A stretch of DNA of 62,183 nucleotides, the filler included, from Gonapodya sp. JEL0774 (taxonomy: Eukaryota), in the NCBI GenBank assembly GCA_027604505.1. It is 9 parts of 9 records of this genome, joined end to end, with 100 filler letters (N's around TTAATTAATTAA, not from the genome) between each part and the next. Parts side by side here need not be neighbours in the genome. Positions count along the whole stretch, not along the records: positions 55,404 to 62,183 come from JADIIX010000564.1; 8 more parts are not named here. The stretch is one strand, 5' to 3'. Below are positions 61,130 to 62,183 of this stretch, in pieces. Both the position numbers and the translations under genes were made by a program. How positions within the stretch are numbered: position 1 is the first letter of the stretch; every line of letters starts with the position of its first letter. The notes beneath the pieces are model-generated. The model was given only the letters and a program-made list of their open reading frames with translations, had not been told where the DNA came from and ran no database searches.

Positions 61130-62183
61130 TCAAAAATTACATTGTTTGACGCAATATTGGATTTGAGACAAGTCAACGACATCCGCCCACAACAACTGCC
61201 AGCACCACCCCCAATCGGCACTCACGTGTCCGCCTCTGAGGCCCTTCTGCCTGATCCAGCATCTGCGACAGCATAGAATCAATTTCCGTCGCTTGAGTTT
61301 TGGGAGCGAAGTACATAGAAAAGTGGCGATTGGGGAGGGGGTGTGGGTTGGGTTTATGTAGTGGGATGAGGCAATACCAGTCATGCGGATAAAACACCCT
61401 GACTCACCAAACTCTTCCTCCAATAACTCGCTTCGATGGACCTCTCGGGATCCCCCGCCCGCCTTGTCTGTCTCTTGCTTCCTATCCCTTGCCTGTCCTG
61501 CGACCCTCCCACCAGACCACATGTCCCTCCCACCAGACCACATGGCCCTCCGTCCGAGAGGTTCGTACTCAGGTTCCGGGGCTGGGCGCCGCTTTTGTCC
61601 AACCCTTAACCCCATTCCAGAAGTTGTCGCCGTCCGGGGACCTATGTTGGTACTGGAGAGCTCTGGAGGGTTTCGTTCAGGGATATTGTGGCCTGTCCCA
61701 AAATCGTCATCGCTGCTGGAGTCGCTGTCCGCGTCGTCTGGATCATCGAAGACTTTGTCGTCTTCTGAAGCCGAGTCGTCGACGACGCCACCACTCCGGT
61801 TAAACGAGTCCACAACCTCCAGATGTGGGTTAAGGTCGAACAAGAACTGTCGATAATTCGCCGTCTGAGCGAAGGCGGTGCCGATGAGGTTGAGTCTCCG
61901 CAGAGACGGCAGACGTTCGAGGGGTCGGAGCTGGTTGCGATCCCCGAGGTTCGGGCTGTGTTGCCACATGAAGTGCGCATGCGAAAATGACCATCGGAGA
62001 GAGACAGTGAGAAATCAACCACCCTGATGGCCATGAAGACGGTGTGTGTCCTGTGATCATCGGGATCTGCTCCTTCGCATTCACAAGGGCACAAACCTGC
62101 ACGAACCGGAAAATACTTTTACCTGACCCCCTTAAGTCTTTTATCTGACCCACATCGGTACTTTTTTCTGACAGGCCAGTTTA
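61130..62183 (-). CDS. LRR/LRRcap protein with an acidic tract (ANP32/U2A'-like) fragment; may be a pseudogene
   Basis: QLRPLERLPSLRRLNLIGT....NYRQFLFDLNPHLEVVDSF followed by a D/S-rich tract. The full exon structure could not be closed. Confidence 0.55.

Noticed and set aside
1..62183. A multi-gene system assembled from genes across the whole window
   Set aside because: The segments are separate contigs joined by synthetic spacers, so cross-spacer adjacency has no meaning.

Overview
This is intron-rich eukaryotic DNA with GT-AG spliceosomal introns and fungal-type EF2, SRP72, TrpRS and CWC27. An early-diverging (zoosporic-like) fungus is my inference and is not proven. The window is not one locus. 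It is nine separate contigs (6866, 6866, 6826, 6825, 6821, 6806, 6800, 6793 and 6780 bp, in non-increasing order) joined by eight artificial 100-bp N44-TTAATTAATTAA-N44 spacers, so adjacency only has meaning within a contig. Most short ORFs in the supplied track are exon fragments or antisense shadows. Recognisable host genes are an AKR7-type reductase, a degenerate CFA-synthase/sphingolipid C9-methyltransferase-like gene with a partial pseudogene copy, an Agd3/CE18-type deacetylase, SRP72, eEF2, the 3' end of an ABCB transporter, a VIT-vWA(-SH3) gene, malonyl-CoA:ACP transacylase, TrpRS, CWC27, a bacterial-like PhyH dioxygenase, START, rhodanese, GFA, F-box, large-subunit catalase and an LRR fragment. 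Mobile DNA comprises PIF/Harbinger elements inactivated by CpG transitions, a Ngaro/DIRS-class tyrosine-recombinase retroelement, and a spliced Mutator-like transposase. The Mutator-like gene is the most novel-looking item: it continues in frame into a USP(C19)-like protease domain and is followed by a Ulp1(C48) protease domain. Three structured non-coding segments are flagged as candidate ncRNAs. All family assignments come from motif recognition by eye; no searches were run.
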